Source: an uncultured Ectothiorhodospiraceae bacterium (GTDB lineage Bacteria; Pseudomonadota; Gammaproteobacteria; CAMYNG01). Taken from it: a stretch of DNA of 64,000 nt. Positions 40,282 to 50,174 of this stretch are shown in pieces (position 1 is the stretch's first letter; the number at the start of each line of letters is the position of its first letter). Where the stretch lies: positions 30,219-94,218 of the forward strand of contig CAMYNG010000001.1 in the NCBI GenBank assembly GCA_947259765.1. Reading direction: 5' to 3'. A model generated the notes under the pieces. That model was not told where the DNA came from, did no database searches, and worked only from the letters and a program-made list of their open reading frames with translations. The translations under genes were made by a program, and so were the position numbers.

Positions 40282-43200
40282 TCACACGGCCGCCAATTCA
40301 ACTGCCTGGTCCACGTCCACGGCGACCAGATGAGAAACACCCGGCTCGCTCATGGTAACACCGTTCAGTTGATGTGCGATTTCCATGGTCAACTTGTTGT
40401 GCGTGATAAAGATAAACTGGGTCTTGCCAGCCATTTCCTTGAGCATATCACTATAGCGATTTACGTTCGCATCATCGAGTGGTGCGTCCACTTCGTCAAG
40501 CATGCAGAACGGTGCCGGATTAAGCTCGAAGATCGAAAACACCAACGCGACCGCAGTCAGCGCCTTCTCACCACCGGACAACAAATGGATCGTACTGTTG
40601 CGTTTGCCTGGCGGACGCGCCATCACGGTCACGCCGGCGTCCAGTAAATCGTCACCCGTCAAATCCAGGTACGCGTGGCCACCGCCAAACAGACGTGGGA
40701 ACAGTTTCTGCAAGCCGCTGTTCACCTGATCATATGTTTCCTTAAAGCGCGTTCGAGTTTCTTTGTCGATCTTACGAATGGCGTTTTCCAGTGTGGTCAG
40801 GGCTTCAGTCAGGTCGTCGTTTTGCGTATCCAGATATTGTTTACGTTCAGTTTGTTGTTCAAACTCTTCAATGGCGGCCAGATTGATCGGTCCCAGCCGC
40901 TGGATTTTACGTTCCAGTGTGGCCAGGTTTTCCGCCCAGCTCTCCTGTTCCGCGCCTTCGGGCATGTTTGACGTTAACTCTTGCAATTCAAAGTGGTCCT
41001 CTTTGACCTGTTCTTCCAGTGTCTGCCGGCGAACCTTGGTTTCTTGCCAGCCAATACGAACAGTTTCAAGTTCGGCACGCACATCCTGCACGGCTTGCTC
41101 GGCCTCACCACGCTGGTCTTCAAGTTCCCGCAACTCGAAGTCAATGTTCTCTAGCGATTTGCGCGCCGTAGCCAACTCGGCTTCCACCTTTACCCGATGT
41201 TCGAGTCGCTCGGCGAGTTCCGCATTGGCTTGCTCAATGGGCACTTCGCCTTCACTTAGTGCACCCTCCAATTCACTGCGGCGATTGGTAAGCTGCGTGG
41301 ACTGTGCTTCCATTCGCTGCAGCGCCTGGCTGTAAGAATTCTGTTCGGTGCGTAAGGTCTCAGCCCTGAGTGTGTGCTGATGTGCCGCATCGCGGTCGCG
41401 GTTGGCAGCAGCGCGTACATCGTCAAGTGAGGCGCGCAAGGTATCACGTTCGCTTGCCAGTCCTTCGCGTTGCCGTTCAAATCCGGCCACTTCATCCAGA
41501 GCCTGTTCGAGCCGACCGCGCGCTTCGGACAATTCGCTTTCGCTGGTTTCCATCTGCTGACGGATGTCAGCACGTTCTTCGGTAAGTTTGCCTACGTTGG
41601 CACGGACTTGCTCAAGTGCCGCCTGCTGTGCGCTGAGCTGTGATTGCAATTGAGTGTGCTGGCGGTTGGCCTCATTCAATGCCGTCTGGATCTGCTCGCG
41701 CTCGCTTTCCAATTGATGCGTGCGGGATTGGGTTTGGTCCAGATTATTTTGCGTGTAATTCAGCGTATCGCTGGCCTGGCTAATTTCGCCTGCCAGTTGT
41801 TTGAGTTCGTGCTCGCGTTCCAGTACGCCGGCTTTTTCGTCACGATCGCGTACCACGCGCAACCAACCCTTGCCGAGCCAGATCCCATCGCGCGTAACAA
41901 CGGACTCATGCACGCCCAATTGCGTGCGCAAGGCGAGCGCGTCAGCAAGGTCTTCGCTGATATATACCCCGCCCAACACACTTTCCAACGACCAGTCAGC
42001 ACGCACCTTGTCCAGTAGACGTGGGTGGTTGTGGGCCGAGGATGCAGTGATATTACCGGCGGTCTCCAGCAACGTGAGGCTGCCACCTTGCAAGCCATCG
42101 AGAAAACCGGTGAACGGATCCACACCGTCAACACATACGGCTTCAAGGTTGGAACCCAAGACGCATTCAGCGGCGCGTTCCCAACCATGCTCAACATCGA
42201 GTTGCTCAGCAAGTCGCGGCGTGGTGTCTAATTCACGACCCCGTAACCAGTCAATGACGGCACCGTCCTGCTTACCTAACGCGGCTTGTTGCAGCGCTTC
42301 CAGAGAGGCACGGCGGCTTTGCAAGCTATGCAGTGCATCACGGCCGGTGTTGAGTTGCGCATGTAGTTCTTGTTGCGCATGGCGTAATTGTTGTAACTCG
42401 TCTTGCAGTTCAGTAAGTTTTTGCTGGTTTTCTTGCACGGCGGCACCACTGCCGTTGACCTCAGTTTCCAATTGCTGAATACGCACTTCCAGTTCTTCGG
42501 CAGAATGACTTTCCAGCTCGGTAGTCAGACGTTGCACGCGCTGCTGTAACTGCGCCAGATGTTGCTCGAGGTGCTCGATACGGGTGCGCTCAACTTCGGC
42601 GCGTTGTGCGGGCTCGCCGGCCTGTTGGTTAAATTGGTCCCAACCGGCCTGCCATTCATGCATTGCCTGTTCTGCCGCTTCCAATTGCGCACCTGTTTCA
42701 GCCTTAGCGGCTTCGGCGGCCTGAAGTTGTGGTTCAACTTCCTGCAGGCTGGCCTCGATCTCGCCTATCTTATTTCGATCGAATTCAAGCTGTTGTTCAA
42801 CTTCCTGTGCATCGCGGTTTAGTTGTTCAAGATCGTTTTGTTGCTGCTGACGTCTCTCGCGCGCATGTTGCAGTGTCTGTTCCAGGCGTGCGATATCGGC
42901 GCCGACTTCATAGAACCGACTTTGCACTTCGTTAAAGGCATCGGTGGCTTCAACATGCTGGTCGCGATGCTTTTCAATCTCGGCTTCAATGCCACGTTGT
43001 TTCGCCGTGGCGGCTTCGAGTGCCGTTTCGTGTTCACGAATTAGGGTTTCGGTTTCCGTCGCTTGCACATTCATGGCCTGCCAACGTAGCGCAAGCAGTT
43101 GACCGTGAGTCAGTCGTTCCTCTTCCTTAAGCACTTTGTAACGTTCGGCGGTTTTCGCCTGACGCTTGAGATGTGCGATTTGTTTTTCGACTTCCTCGCG

Positions 43201-43791
43201 CAGATCATTGAGTCGATCCAGATTCTCGCGGGTATGGCGAATGCGATTTTCGGTTTCGCGCCGACGTTCCTTGTACTTGGAAACACCGGCGGCCTCCTCA
43301 ATGAACACGCGCATTTCTTCAGGCTTCGCTTCGATCAGGCGTGAGATCGTACCCTGTTCAATGATTGCGTAGCTGCGCGGCCCCAATCCAGTACCGAGGA
43401 AAATATCGGTTATATCCCGACGGCGACAACGCGTGTTGTTGAGGTAAAAACTCGAAACCCCTTCACGGGTGACGACGCGTTTGATGGAAATCTCGTTGTA
43501 ATTGGCCCACTGCCCGCCCAACGCGCCCTCGGTGTTGTCAAACAACAGCTCGACGGCCGCTTGTCCGACCGGTTTACGTGAGGAGGAACCGTTGAACACT
43601 ACATCGGCCATAGAGTCACCGCGCAGGTGCTTGGCCGAGGATTCGCCCATAACCCAGCGCACCGCATCGATAACATTGGATTTGCCGCAACCGTTGGGAC
43701 CCACGATGCCGATGAGGCTGCTGGGTAACGGGATGGAGGTGGGATCAACGAATGACTTGAATCCCGCGAGTTTGATTTTGCTCAGCCGCAT
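40282..43791 (-). CDS. smc: Chromosome segregation ATPase SMC
   Basis: I place the start at [14 protein letters not shown] (43791), with Walker [10 protein letters not shown]. Long coiled coils and a hinge follow. The C-terminus carries the signature [13 protein letters not shown] and Walker [13 protein letters not shown]. Confidence 0.95.
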   Translation of the reverse strand: MRLSKIKLAGFKSFVDPTSIPLPSSLIGIVGPNGCGKSNVIDAVRWVMGESSAKHLRGDSMADVVFNGSSSRKPVGQAAVELLFDNTEGALGGQWANYNEISIKRVVTREGVSSFYLNNTRCRRRDITDIFLGTGLGPRSYAIIEQGTISRLIEAKPEEMRVFIEEAAGVSKYKERRRETENRIRHTRENLDRLNDLREEVEKQIAHLKRQAKTAERYKVLKEEERLTHGQLLALRWQAMNVQATETETLIREHETALEAATAKQRGIEAEIEKHRDQHVEATDAFNEVQSRFYEVGADIARLEQTLQHARERRQQQQNDLEQLNRDAQEVEQQLEFDRNKIGEIEASLQEVEPQLQAAEAAKAETGAQLEAAEQAMHEWQAGWDQFNQQAGEPAQRAEVERTRIEHLEQHLAQLQQRVQRLTTELESHSAEELEVRIQQLETEVNGSGAAVQENQQKLTELQDELQQLRHAQQELHAQLNTGRDALHSLQSRRASLEALQQAALGKQDGAVIDWLRGRELDTTPRLAEQLDVEHGWERAAECVLGSNLEAVCVDGVDPFTGFLDGLQGGSLTLLETAGNITASSAHNHPRLLDKVRADWSLESVLGGVYISEDLADALALRTQLGVHESVVTRDGIWLGKGWLRVVRDRDEKAGVLEREHELKQLAGEISQASDTLNYTQNNLDQTQSRTHQLESEREQIQTALNEANRQHTQLQSQLSAQQAALEQVRANVGKLTEERADIRQQMETSESELSEARGRLEQALDEVAGFERQREGLASERDTLRASLDDVRAAANRDRDAAHQHTLRAETLRTEQNSYSQALQRMEAQSTQLTNRRSELEGALSEGEVPIEQANAELAERLEHRVKVEAELATARKSLENIDFELRELEDQRGEAEQAVQDVRAELETVRIGWQETKVRRQTLEEQVKEDHFELQELTSNMPEGAEQESWAENLATLERKIQRLGPINLAAIEEFEQQTERKQYLDTQNDDLTEALTTLENAIRKIDKETRTRFKETYDQVNSGLQKLFPRLFGGGHAYLDLTGDDLLDAGVTVMARPPGKRNSTIHLLSGGEKALTAVALVFSIFELNPAPFCMLDEVDAPLDDANVNRYSDMLKEMAGKTQFIFITHNKLTMEIAHQLNGVTMSEPGVSHLVAVDVDQAVELAAV

Positions 43792-43906
43792 CGCGAGAAG
43801 ATACCGGATCGCATGGGTGTTTAACAAGATTGACTTTGCAATCCAGTTGCGGTCACGCATTTGCGGGCCGCTTGTCGCCCCGATAGCTATCCGGTATCGT
43901 GCGCGC

Positions 43907-44314
43907 ATGTCGAGCCAGCCCACGCAACCCAGCCAGCCCAGTAAAGACCTCGAAACCTTCGACAACCCCAATCCGGATCGTGATTACACGATTCGCATTC
44001 GGATACCGGAGTTTACCTGTCTGTGTCCCAAAACCGGCCAGCCGGACTTTGCCACCTTGAACCTGGAATACGTTCCGGATCAACGCTGTATCGAACTTAA
44101 GTCATTAAAACTCTACGTTTGGGCGTTTCGAAATGAAGGCGCCTTTCACGAAGCCGTGACCAACGCCATACTTGACGATCTGGTGGCGGCCTGCCAGCCG
44201 CGTTTCATGCGCCTTACGGCGGAATTCAACGTGCGCGGCGGTATCTATACCAACGTGGTAGCTGAACACCAGCAACCTGACTGGCAACCCCCGGCCGACG
44301 TTCGGCTGCCCTAA
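43907..44314 (+). CDS. queF: NADPH-dependent 7-cyano-7-deazaguanine (preQ0) reductase QueF, unimodular type
   Basis: The catalytic Cys context is present ([14 protein letters not shown]), along with the QueF motif [15 protein letters not shown]. The ATG at 43907 is preferred; the upstream part of the ORF overlaps smc antisense. Confidence 0.92.
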   Translation: MSSQPTQPSQPSKDLETFDNPNPDRDYTIRIRIPEFTCLCPKTGQPDFATLNLEYVPDQRCIELKSLKLYVWAFRNEGAFHEAVTNAILDDLVAACQPRFMRLTAEFNVRGGIYTNVVAEHQQPDWQPPADVRLP

Positions 44315-44322
44315 TCAGCCGC

Positions 44323-45648
44323 ATGAGTAAGGCCGACGACTCAGATCTGTTCGTCGGCGTGGACGTCGGTACCTCCGGCTGCAGAGCAATTGCGCTGGAC
44401 AGCGCACTTCAGGTCCACGCGGAAACGCACACCCACTGGTCCCCCGCCACTCACCAAGATAATCGCGTTGAGCAAGACCCCGACATCTGGTGGCAAGGGC
44501 TGCTGACTTGTGTGCGCGATCTGGGCCAACAGACTCACGTTAAACGCATACAAGCGCTGGCTCTGGATGCCACATCCGGCAGTGTGCTGCTAGCCGACGC
44601 CCAGGGCAAACCCCTTACCGCCGGTTTGATGTACAACGATCAGCGGGCTGTTGAAGAAGCGGCCTGGCTACATCCGCGTATTCCCGCGCAGTCCGCCGCC
44701 CAGGGTGCCAGCAGCGGACTCGCCAAGTTACTGTGGCTGGCCAGGCAGCCCAATCTGGAATCGGCGCATTATTTCCTGCACCAGGCAGACTGGTTACTGG
44801 GCCGGCTGACGGGCCGGTTTGGTGTCAGTGACTACAACAATACGCTGAAAACCGGCTACGACCCGACCGCCGGCTGTTGGCCGGACTGGCTGCGCGAACT
44901 GCCCGTGCCCCGACACTGGTTACCTGACGTGCGGCCACCCGGCGAATGGTTCACCACACTGGACGCTCACGTGGCAGCGCAACTCGGCCTGTCGGAAAAG
45001 GTCGGTGTGGTCACCGGCACAACGGATAGCACCGCTGCCTTTCTGGCCACCGGCGCAGACCACGCCGGCGACGCCGTCACCTCTCTGGGTTCGACGCTGG
45101 TGGTGAAAGTGTTGAGCGAGGTCCCAGTGGTGGCACCGGAGTACGGCATCTATTCACATCGCTTTGACGACCTTTGGTTAGTAGGTGGCGCATCAAACAG
45201 CGGTGGCGCGGTGCTGCAGCAGTTTTTTACCCCGCAGCAGATGCAACAACTCACACCCCTGCTGCAGCCGGAAACGCCAACAGCGTTGGACTATTATCCA
45301 CTACCCGCTCCCGGCGAGCGCTTTCCAATCAACGCGCCCGACATGCCACCCCGCCTGACGCCCCGACCGGATTCCGGTCCCAATCCGGATGCCGAATTTT
45401 TTCAGGGTCTGTTGGAAGGCATGGCGCGAATTGAATACACTGGCTACCAACGCCTGGCCGAGCTCGGCGCGCCGTGGCCTTCGCGTCTGCGCACCGTCGG
45501 TGGTGGCAGTAAAAATCCGGCTTGGACGCAAATCCGTCAGGGTCTGCTTGGCATTCCGATGTGTAAGGCACGCAGCACCCAGGCCGCATTTGGCGCCGCG
45601 ATGCTGGCATGGCGGGGCTTCAATGGACCCCGGCCTACGCCGGGGTGA
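44323..45648 (+). CDS. FGGY-family carbohydrate kinase
   Basis: The N-terminus is LFVGVDVGTSGCRAIALD. FGGY blocks follow (GTTDSTAAFLATG, GGASNSGG, GGGSKNPAWTQI). The sugar substrate is unknown. The last ~8 codons lie in a REP-like hairpin. Confidence 0.85.
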   Translation: MSKADDSDLFVGVDVGTSGCRAIALDSALQVHAETHTHWSPATHQDNRVEQDPDIWWQGLLTCVRDLGQQTHVKRIQALALDATSGSVLLADAQGKPLTAGLMYNDQRAVEEAAWLHPRIPAQSAAQGASSGLAKLLWLARQPNLESAHYFLHQADWLLGRLTGRFGVSDYNNTLKTGYDPTAGCWPDWLRELPVPRHWLPDVRPPGEWFTTLDAHVAAQLGLSEKVGVVTGTTDSTAAFLATGADHAGDAVTSLGSTLVVKVLSEVPVVAPEYGIYSHRFDDLWLVGGASNSGGAVLQQFFTPQQMQQLTPLLQPETPTALDYYPLPAPGERFPINAPDMPPRLTPRPDSGPNPDAEFFQGLLEGMARIEYTGYQRLAELGAPWPSRLRTVGGGSKNPAWTQIRQGLLGIPMCKARSTQAAFGAAMLAWRGFNGPRPTPG

Positions 45649-45850
45649 CGATAAGTGAATGGTTGGCTGTTTTGACGATAAATGAATGGTTGGCTGTTTT
45701 TGCGCAGGTTTTGACGCGTTACACCGTCATTCTGGCGCACGACTCCATGGATGGAGGAGGTAGAGCGACGCAGGAAGCCAAAGCCGAGGCCAGAATCCAG
45801 CGGCTATTTAATCTCTCTGGACCCCGGCTCCGGCCTACGCCGGTGTGACA
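45625..45850. repeat. REP-like hairpin cluster with a 27-bp tandem repeat
   Basis: The direct repeats ggaccccggcctacgccggggtgac (45625-45649) and ggaccccggctccggcctacgccggtgtgac (45819-45849) each hold the hairpin CCGGC-ctac-GCCGG. A 27-bp tandem gacgataaRtgaatggttggctgtttt lies at 45647-45673 and 45674-45700. An inverted pair attctggc...gccagaat lies between them. Confidence 0.6.
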
Positions 45851-45881
45851 AAGAACATTTAATTCAAGAAAGGAAGTTGTG

Positions 45882-46676
45882 ATGATCAGTAACCCGGTGC
45901 TTGGTGTTAATTTTTTCCTGCGCGGTATCTCACTGTTAACCAAGCCCGGCGTCCGCCGCTGGGTGGTCATTCCGCTGTTAATCAACACGCTGTTGTTTGC
46001 ACTGCTGTTCTATTTTGCCTACACGCAGTTCGGTGATCTGGTAAATTGGCTAATGTCCTACCTGCCCGAGTGGGTACGCACCTGGCTGGCCTGGTTGCTG
46101 TGGCCACTGTTTTTTATCGCCGCCGCCATCATTTTGTTTTTCACCTTCACGATCGTCGCCAACATCGTCGGGGCGCCGTTCAACGGCTACCTGGCCGCTG
46201 CGGTGGAGCGTCATCTGAGTGGTGAGCCGCCACCGGAAACCGGCGGCAACTTTGCCGCCGAGGCCGTGACTGCCGTATTCGGCGAGCTGAAGAAACTTTT
46301 GTATTTTTTGCTGTGGGTGATTCCGCTGCTGCTGATCTCGATTTTTCCACTCACCAGCTTTTTATCGCCGTTTTTGTGGGCCTTGTTCGGTGCGTGGATG
46401 CTGGCGCTGGAGTACCTGGACTATCCCATGGGCAATTACGGCAAGACCTTCACCGATGTGCGTGCCGTGGTGCGTCAAAAGCGGGTGATGTCACTCGGCT
46501 TTGGCGGCGCCACCATGCTCGGCACGTTGATTCCGCTGTTCAATTTCATGGTGATGCCGGTGGCCGTAGCGGGCGCCACCGCCTATTGGCATGAGCAGCT
46601 TAAGCAGCTCAGTGCACCCGAGGAGAAAGACAAGCTGAGCGGCGGTGATCCCAAACCGCGACTTGAGGATAAATAG
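45882..46676 (+). CDS. cysZ: Sulfate transporter CysZ
   Basis: The CysZ/EI24-type N-terminus is present (GVNFFLRGISLLTKPGVRRWVVIPLLINTLLF), with four TM hairpins. A GTG at 45879 is an alternative start. Confidence 0.9.
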   Translation: MISNPVLGVNFFLRGISLLTKPGVRRWVVIPLLINTLLFALLFYFAYTQFGDLVNWLMSYLPEWVRTWLAWLLWPLFFIAAAIILFFTFTIVANIVGAPFNGYLAAAVERHLSGEPPPETGGNFAAEAVTAVFGELKKLLYFLLWVIPLLLISIFPLTSFLSPFLWALFGAWMLALEYLDYPMGNYGKTFTDVRAVVRQKRVMSLGFGGATMLGTLIPLFNFMVMPVAVAGATAYWHEQLKQLSAPEEKDKLSGGDPKPRLEDK

Positions 46677-46709
46677 TCCCGGCGATTGCTGACCCACGGA
46701 ACGGGTCGA

Positions 46710-47858
46710 TTACGCAAGATAACGCCGCAGGCGGTCAACGCCTTCCTGCAGGCGTTCGAGACCCGTGGTATAGGCAAAACGGACATGACGCGTGGCGGCG
46801 TTGTCGCCAAAATCACGCCCGGGCGTGATAGCCACGCCCGCCTCCTCCAACAATCGCGTACAAAACGTGAAGCTGTCGTCGGTGAAACGGCTGCATTCAG
46901 CATACAAGTAAAATGCGCCGCTCGGCGTCACCGGTATGGTGAAGCCCAGCTCCCGCAGCGCCGGCAGCAGAAAATCACGCCGCGCGGCAAATTCCTTTCG
47001 ACGTTGTTCGAGGATGGTCAGGCTATCCTGCCCCAGCGCCGCAATAGCGCCGTGTTGCGCGGGTGTCGGCGCCGCCAAAAACAGATTCTGCGCCAACCGA
47101 TCCAGCGCCTCTATAAAACGCTGTGGCGCCACCAGCCAACCGACTCGCCAGCCGGTCATATTGAAATACTTGGAAAAACTGTTGATCACAAAGACTTCGT
47201 CGGTGTGTGACAGCACGGTCTCTGCGGGTCGGTCGTACACCAGGCGTTGGTAGATTTCGTCGACAATCAGAAAACCGTCACGCTCTCGCGCCAGTTGCGC
47301 CATATGTGCCAGGGTGTCGGGCTCAATTACCGTACCCGTCGGATTGGACGGCGTGGCCACCATGGCCGCAACGGTTTCGTCACGCCAATAGCCGTCAAGC
47401 AGTTCGGGGCTTAGTTGAAAGCCGGTTTCCGCATCGACTGGAATGTTCACCGCCTGGCCATCAATGAAGCGAACAAAATTCCGGTTACACGGGTAACCCG
47501 GGTCCGCCATAAGCACCTGTTGACCCGCATCCGCCAGCAGACCCAGGACGAGCAACAAGGCCCCGGAGGCGCCCGGCGTAACGAGAATTCGCTCCGCCGC
47601 AATTTCGACACCAAATACCCGCCGGTAATCGTCAGCGATGGCGGCTCGGAGTTCGGCCAGGCCCGCGGCGGGTGTGTAGTGCACCTCACCACTGACAATG
47701 GCCTGTTGTACTGCGTCGATTACCGGTTGTGGTGTGGGAAAATCCGGCTCACCGATTTCCATGTGCACGATATCCCGGCCGCTCGCCTCCAATTCCCTAG
47801 CCCGCGCCAGCAAGGCCATGACGTGAAAGGGTTGGATGGCGTCGCTGCGTTGGCTCAC
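46710..47858 (-). CDS. Class I PLP-dependent (aspartate-family) aminotransferase
   Basis: It has a GTG start that overlaps the upstream stop as GTGA. Family blocks are present: PSNPTG, IVDEIY, and the PLP lysine in NSFSKYFNMTGWRVGW. Confidence 0.9.
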   Translation of the reverse strand: MSQRSDAIQPFHVMALLARARELEASGRDIVHMEIGEPDFPTPQPVIDAVQQAIVSGEVHYTPAAGLAELRAAIADDYRRVFGVEIAAERILVTPGASGALLLVLGLLADAGQQVLMADPGYPCNRNFVRFIDGQAVNIPVDAETGFQLSPELLDGYWRDETVAAMVATPSNPTGTVIEPDTLAHMAQLARERDGFLIVDEIYQRLVYDRPAETVLSHTDEVFVINSFSKYFNMTGWRVGWLVAPQRFIEALDRLAQNLFLAAPTPAQHGAIAALGQDSLTILEQRRKEFAARRDFLLPALRELGFTIPVTPSGAFYLYAECSRFTDDSFTFCTRLLEEAGVAITPGRDFGDNAATRHVRFAYTTGLERLQEGVDRLRRYLA

Positions 47859-48694
47859 GTCGATGTCCGGGGGGAGGCCTGTGCTGTTGTCACTGTGGGC
47901 GTCTGCTCGGATTCACTCTCGATGGCGCATCGGTGCAACTGCCGTAAGCCGGCGACATCCAGCATCGTCGCCGAGGGCGGCTCACCGGCCAGAACGTGAA
48001 ATGAACTGCCCGGTTCACCAAACTGATCCAGCACCAGCAACGCACCGGGAAATGCCTGCTCACGGGTATAACCATTTACGGTAACAATCGTTGCCAGGCC
48101 AGCCCCCTGTGAGGCCCGCAAGCCGTGGGCCGAGTCCTCAAACGCCAGACACTGACGCGGATCGAGGTGCATATGTTGCAGCGCGTATTGGTAGATATCC
48201 GGCGCGGGTTTTTTCGCCGGTACCACGTCACCGGCGGCAATAACCTCGAACCAGTCCAGAGCCTGGGCGCCGAGTGTATAGTGTAACAAGGCCTCAACGT
48301 TGGCCGGCGTGGTGGTCGTGGCGATCCCCAGTCGCAAACCACTGGCACGGGCCTCATCGATCAGGCGCTCAACCCCGGGCCGCAACGGGATCCGACCGTC
48401 AGCCATTAGCTCGGTGAAATGCCGGGTCTTGCACTGGTGTAACTGGGCCACAAAGCCGTCCAGGTCTGCCGGTGCCTTGAATGTCGGATTAAATCGGGCC
48501 AGATAGTGTTTTATCCGCTCCTTACCCCCGGTGACCTCCAGAAGCTGACCATACAATGCTTCGTCCCAATGCCAGTCCAGCCCGGCTTCCTCGAAGGCCA
48601 TATTGAAGGCCGGTCTGTGGCCATCTCGCTCCGTATCTGCCAGGGTTCCGTCAACGTCAAATAAAAGTGCATCCAGCGTCGTCATAACACGCAA
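47855..48694 (-). CDS. HAD-superfamily phosphatase, CbbY-like
   Basis: HAD motif I is present (LLFDVDGTLADTERDGHRPAFN), with the CbbY-like block GGKERIKHY and motif IV (AFEDSAHGLRAS). The C-terminal ~45 aa are an extra low-complexity tail. Confidence 0.85.
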   Translation of the reverse strand: MRVMTTLDALLFDVDGTLADTERDGHRPAFNMAFEEAGLDWHWDEALYGQLLEVTGGKERIKHYLARFNPTFKAPADLDGFVAQLHQCKTRHFTELMADGRIPLRPGVERLIDEARASGLRLGIATTTTPANVEALLHYTLGAQALDWFEVIAAGDVVPAKKPAPDIYQYALQHMHLDPRQCLAFEDSAHGLRASQGAGLATIVTVNGYTREQAFPGALLVLDQFGEPGSSFHVLAGEPPSATMLDVAGLRQLHRCAIESESEQTPTVTTAQASPRTST

Positions 48695-48957
48695 TTACCT
48701 CTTTTTTCATGGGTTCGATAGATTACCCCGATGTACCGGCCTCTGCATAAGAATCCGACGCATTCCTCCAGCGTGCCGAGCGAACTGGCCGGTTTGTGCA
48801 CAAAATCGGTGACAGGAATCGACTGGTGTACTAGGGTATCTGGTTGCACTGCGCCAGAAACGGTGAATATATCGGATTTATTGCTTCCGTCGCCGCTTTC
48901 TGGTATTAAACCGCGTTTGTTTTTTCCGGACGGCAACAGGCAGGAGACGTCAGCACA

Positions 48958-49668
48958 ATGCCAGCAAAGAAAACCGCAAAGAAAGCGGTCACCAAAAAAT
49001 CGGCCAGTAAGAAAAAGGCCACGGTAAAGAAAACGGCGAAAAAGAAGGCGGCCGTGAAAAAGAAAGCACCCGCCAAGAAGAAAACCGTGAAAAAAACCGC
49101 CACGGCGAAAAAGAAGGCGGCCGTGAAAAAGAAAGCACCCGCCAAGAAGAAAACCGCCAGCAAGAAACCGGCAGCCAAAAAGCCCGCCGGCAAATCCGCC
49201 AGTAAACCGGCGGCGAAAAAGGCCGCGCCGAAAAAACCCAGAAAGTCGTCAGCCTCGCAAAGTTTTGATGATTTCACCCCCTACGAGATCAAAAAGGGTG
49301 AAGAATTTATGAACGAGGCTCACGTCGAACATTTTCGTAACCTTCTGGAAGCCTGGAAGCACGAACTCATGGAGGAAGTGGATCGTACCGTGCATCACAT
49401 GCAGGACGAGGCAGCAAATTTCCCCGACCCGAACGATCGCGCCACCCAGGAATCGGAATTCACCATGGAGCTGCGCACTCGCGATCGTGAGCGCAAATTG
49501 ATCAAGAAAATCGATGAGTCACTTAGTAATCTGGAAGCCGGAGACTACGGCTACTGTGAGGAATGTGGCGTCGAAATCGGTGTGCGTCGTCTGGAGGCTC
49601 GCCCGACGGCAACGCTGTGCATCGATTGTAAAACCCTGGCAGAAATCAAGGAACGGCAAATGGGTTAA
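48958..49668 (+). CDS. dksA: RNA polymerase-binding factor DksA with a ~105-aa Lys/Ala-rich histone-H1-like N-terminal extension
   Basis: The C-terminal 130 aa are near-collinear with E. coli DksA (DRTVHHMQDEAANFPDPNDRATQE, RDRERKLIKKI, Zn finger CEECGVEIGVRRLEARPTATLCIDCK). The N-terminus consists of KKxA/KKKAPAKKK repeats. Confidence 0.9.
   Translation: MPAKKTAKKAVTKKSASKKKATVKKTAKKKAAVKKKAPAKKKTVKKTATAKKKAAVKKKAPAKKKTASKKPAAKKPAGKSASKPAAKKAAPKKPRKSSASQSFDDFTPYEIKKGEEFMNEAHVEHFRNLLEAWKHELMEEVDRTVHHMQDEAANFPDPNDRATQESEFTMELRTRDRERKLIKKIDESLSNLEAGDYGYCEECGVEIGVRRLEARPTATLCIDCKTLAEIKERQMG
49033..49156 (+). repeat. Perfect 55-bp direct repeat (69-bp period) within the dksA 5' extension
   Basis: acggcgaaaaagaaggcggccgtgaaaaagaaagcacccgccaagaagaaaaccg occurs at 49033-49087 and again at 49102-49156. 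Confidence 0.9.
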
Positions 49669-49693
49669 GCCAATGCCGCATGCAACAGAAATG

Positions 49694-49720
49694 AAAAAAG
49701 GGGCTAACGCCCCTTTTTTT
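49694..49720. terminator. Bidirectional rho-independent terminator between the convergent dksA and the 49769-50083 gene
   Basis: AAAAAAGGGGC-taac-GCCCCTTTTTTT has a 5-bp GC stem extended by A/T pairing, with a T run on one strand and an A run on the other. Confidence 0.8.
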
Positions 49721-49768
49721 GTGCCTCAATGGTACGCCGAACGCTGGCGAATTACACTCTGGCCCTAG

Positions 49769-50083
49769 CTAGGCGCTGCGTCGCTCCTGCGTCACCGGCC
49801 TGCTGATTTCACGACGATCCTCGACGATGCACAGCCGGTTGGAACGGGCAAACTGCATAATGAATTCGTAGGCGTGTGGGTCGGATTCGGCCAGACCACG
49901 TTGCACGACGAGACATTTCTCGCCATTGATGGTGCACGGTTTAGCAGAGCGTGAATAACGCAGCCGGTGATCCGAGCCGAAATTCGCCAAGGTGGCGGAG
50001 ATCCGTTCTATCCAGTCGCTGGGACGGAATTTTCCACCGTCTTCGCGTACCCCGCGGATCACCATTGCCGGTTCGTCACCCAT
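49769..50083 (-). CDS. DUF3579-like small protein
   Basis: This is a 104-aa ORF. The block GKFRPSDWIERISATLANFG matches my recollection of the DUF3579 signature (FRPSDWAERL). That assignment is not verifiable here. Confidence 0.6.
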   Translation of the reverse strand: MGDEPAMVIRGVREDGGKFRPSDWIERISATLANFGSDHRLRYSRSAKPCTINGEKCLVVQRGLAESDPHAYEFIMQFARSNRLCIVEDRREISRPVTQERRSA

Positions 50084-50174
50084 TTAATTGCTGCTCCCGC
50101 TAAACCCATGTAAAAAAACCATTACTATATAAAACTTCGGCCGCAGGCCGTTTTCCTTTAGACAGGAGCGCACA

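Noticed and set aside
40279-43372. Many 60-225-aa ORFs on the plus strand inside smc (for example 40763-41335 and 41801-42478, which are Ser/Arg/Cys-rich).
   Set aside because: They are antisense shadows of the Glu/Leu/Ala/Gln-rich coiled-coil codons of smc. They are low-complexity, with no RBS or motifs.
43502-43906. The upstream 135 codons of the ORF that contains queF.
   Set aside because: This segment lies antisense within the smc 5' region. QueF similarity starts only at the ATG at 43907, giving the expected ~135-aa unimodular QueF.
43792-43906. I checked the smc/queF divergent intergenic region for a preQ1 riboswitch.
   Set aside because: I found no preQ1-I/II-like core (no conserved hairpin followed by an A-rich tail with the ACTA-type motif).
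43792-43971. A 60-codon N-terminal extension of the smc ORF ([16 protein letters not shown]...).
   Set aside because: The canonical SMC N-terminus [14 protein letters not shown], with Walker A 30 residues later, begins at 43791. The extension has no SMC similarity and would overlap the queF start region.
45609-45988. Short ORFs across the REP-like region (for example MAGLQWTPAYAGVTISEWLAV... and a minus-strand 89-aa ORF).
   Set aside because: Their sequences are dictated by the hairpin and tandem-repeat DNA, which gives the typical spurious repeat-peptides.
48906-49277. A 123-aa minus-strand ORF rich in Phe/Ala/Leu (FFAAGLLADLPAGFLAAGFLL...), which looks like a membrane protein.
   Set aside because: It is the exact reverse complement of the AAG/GCC/AAA-rich dksA extension (Lys codons read as Phe/Leu). 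The plus-strand frame continues seamlessly into a bona fide DksA core.
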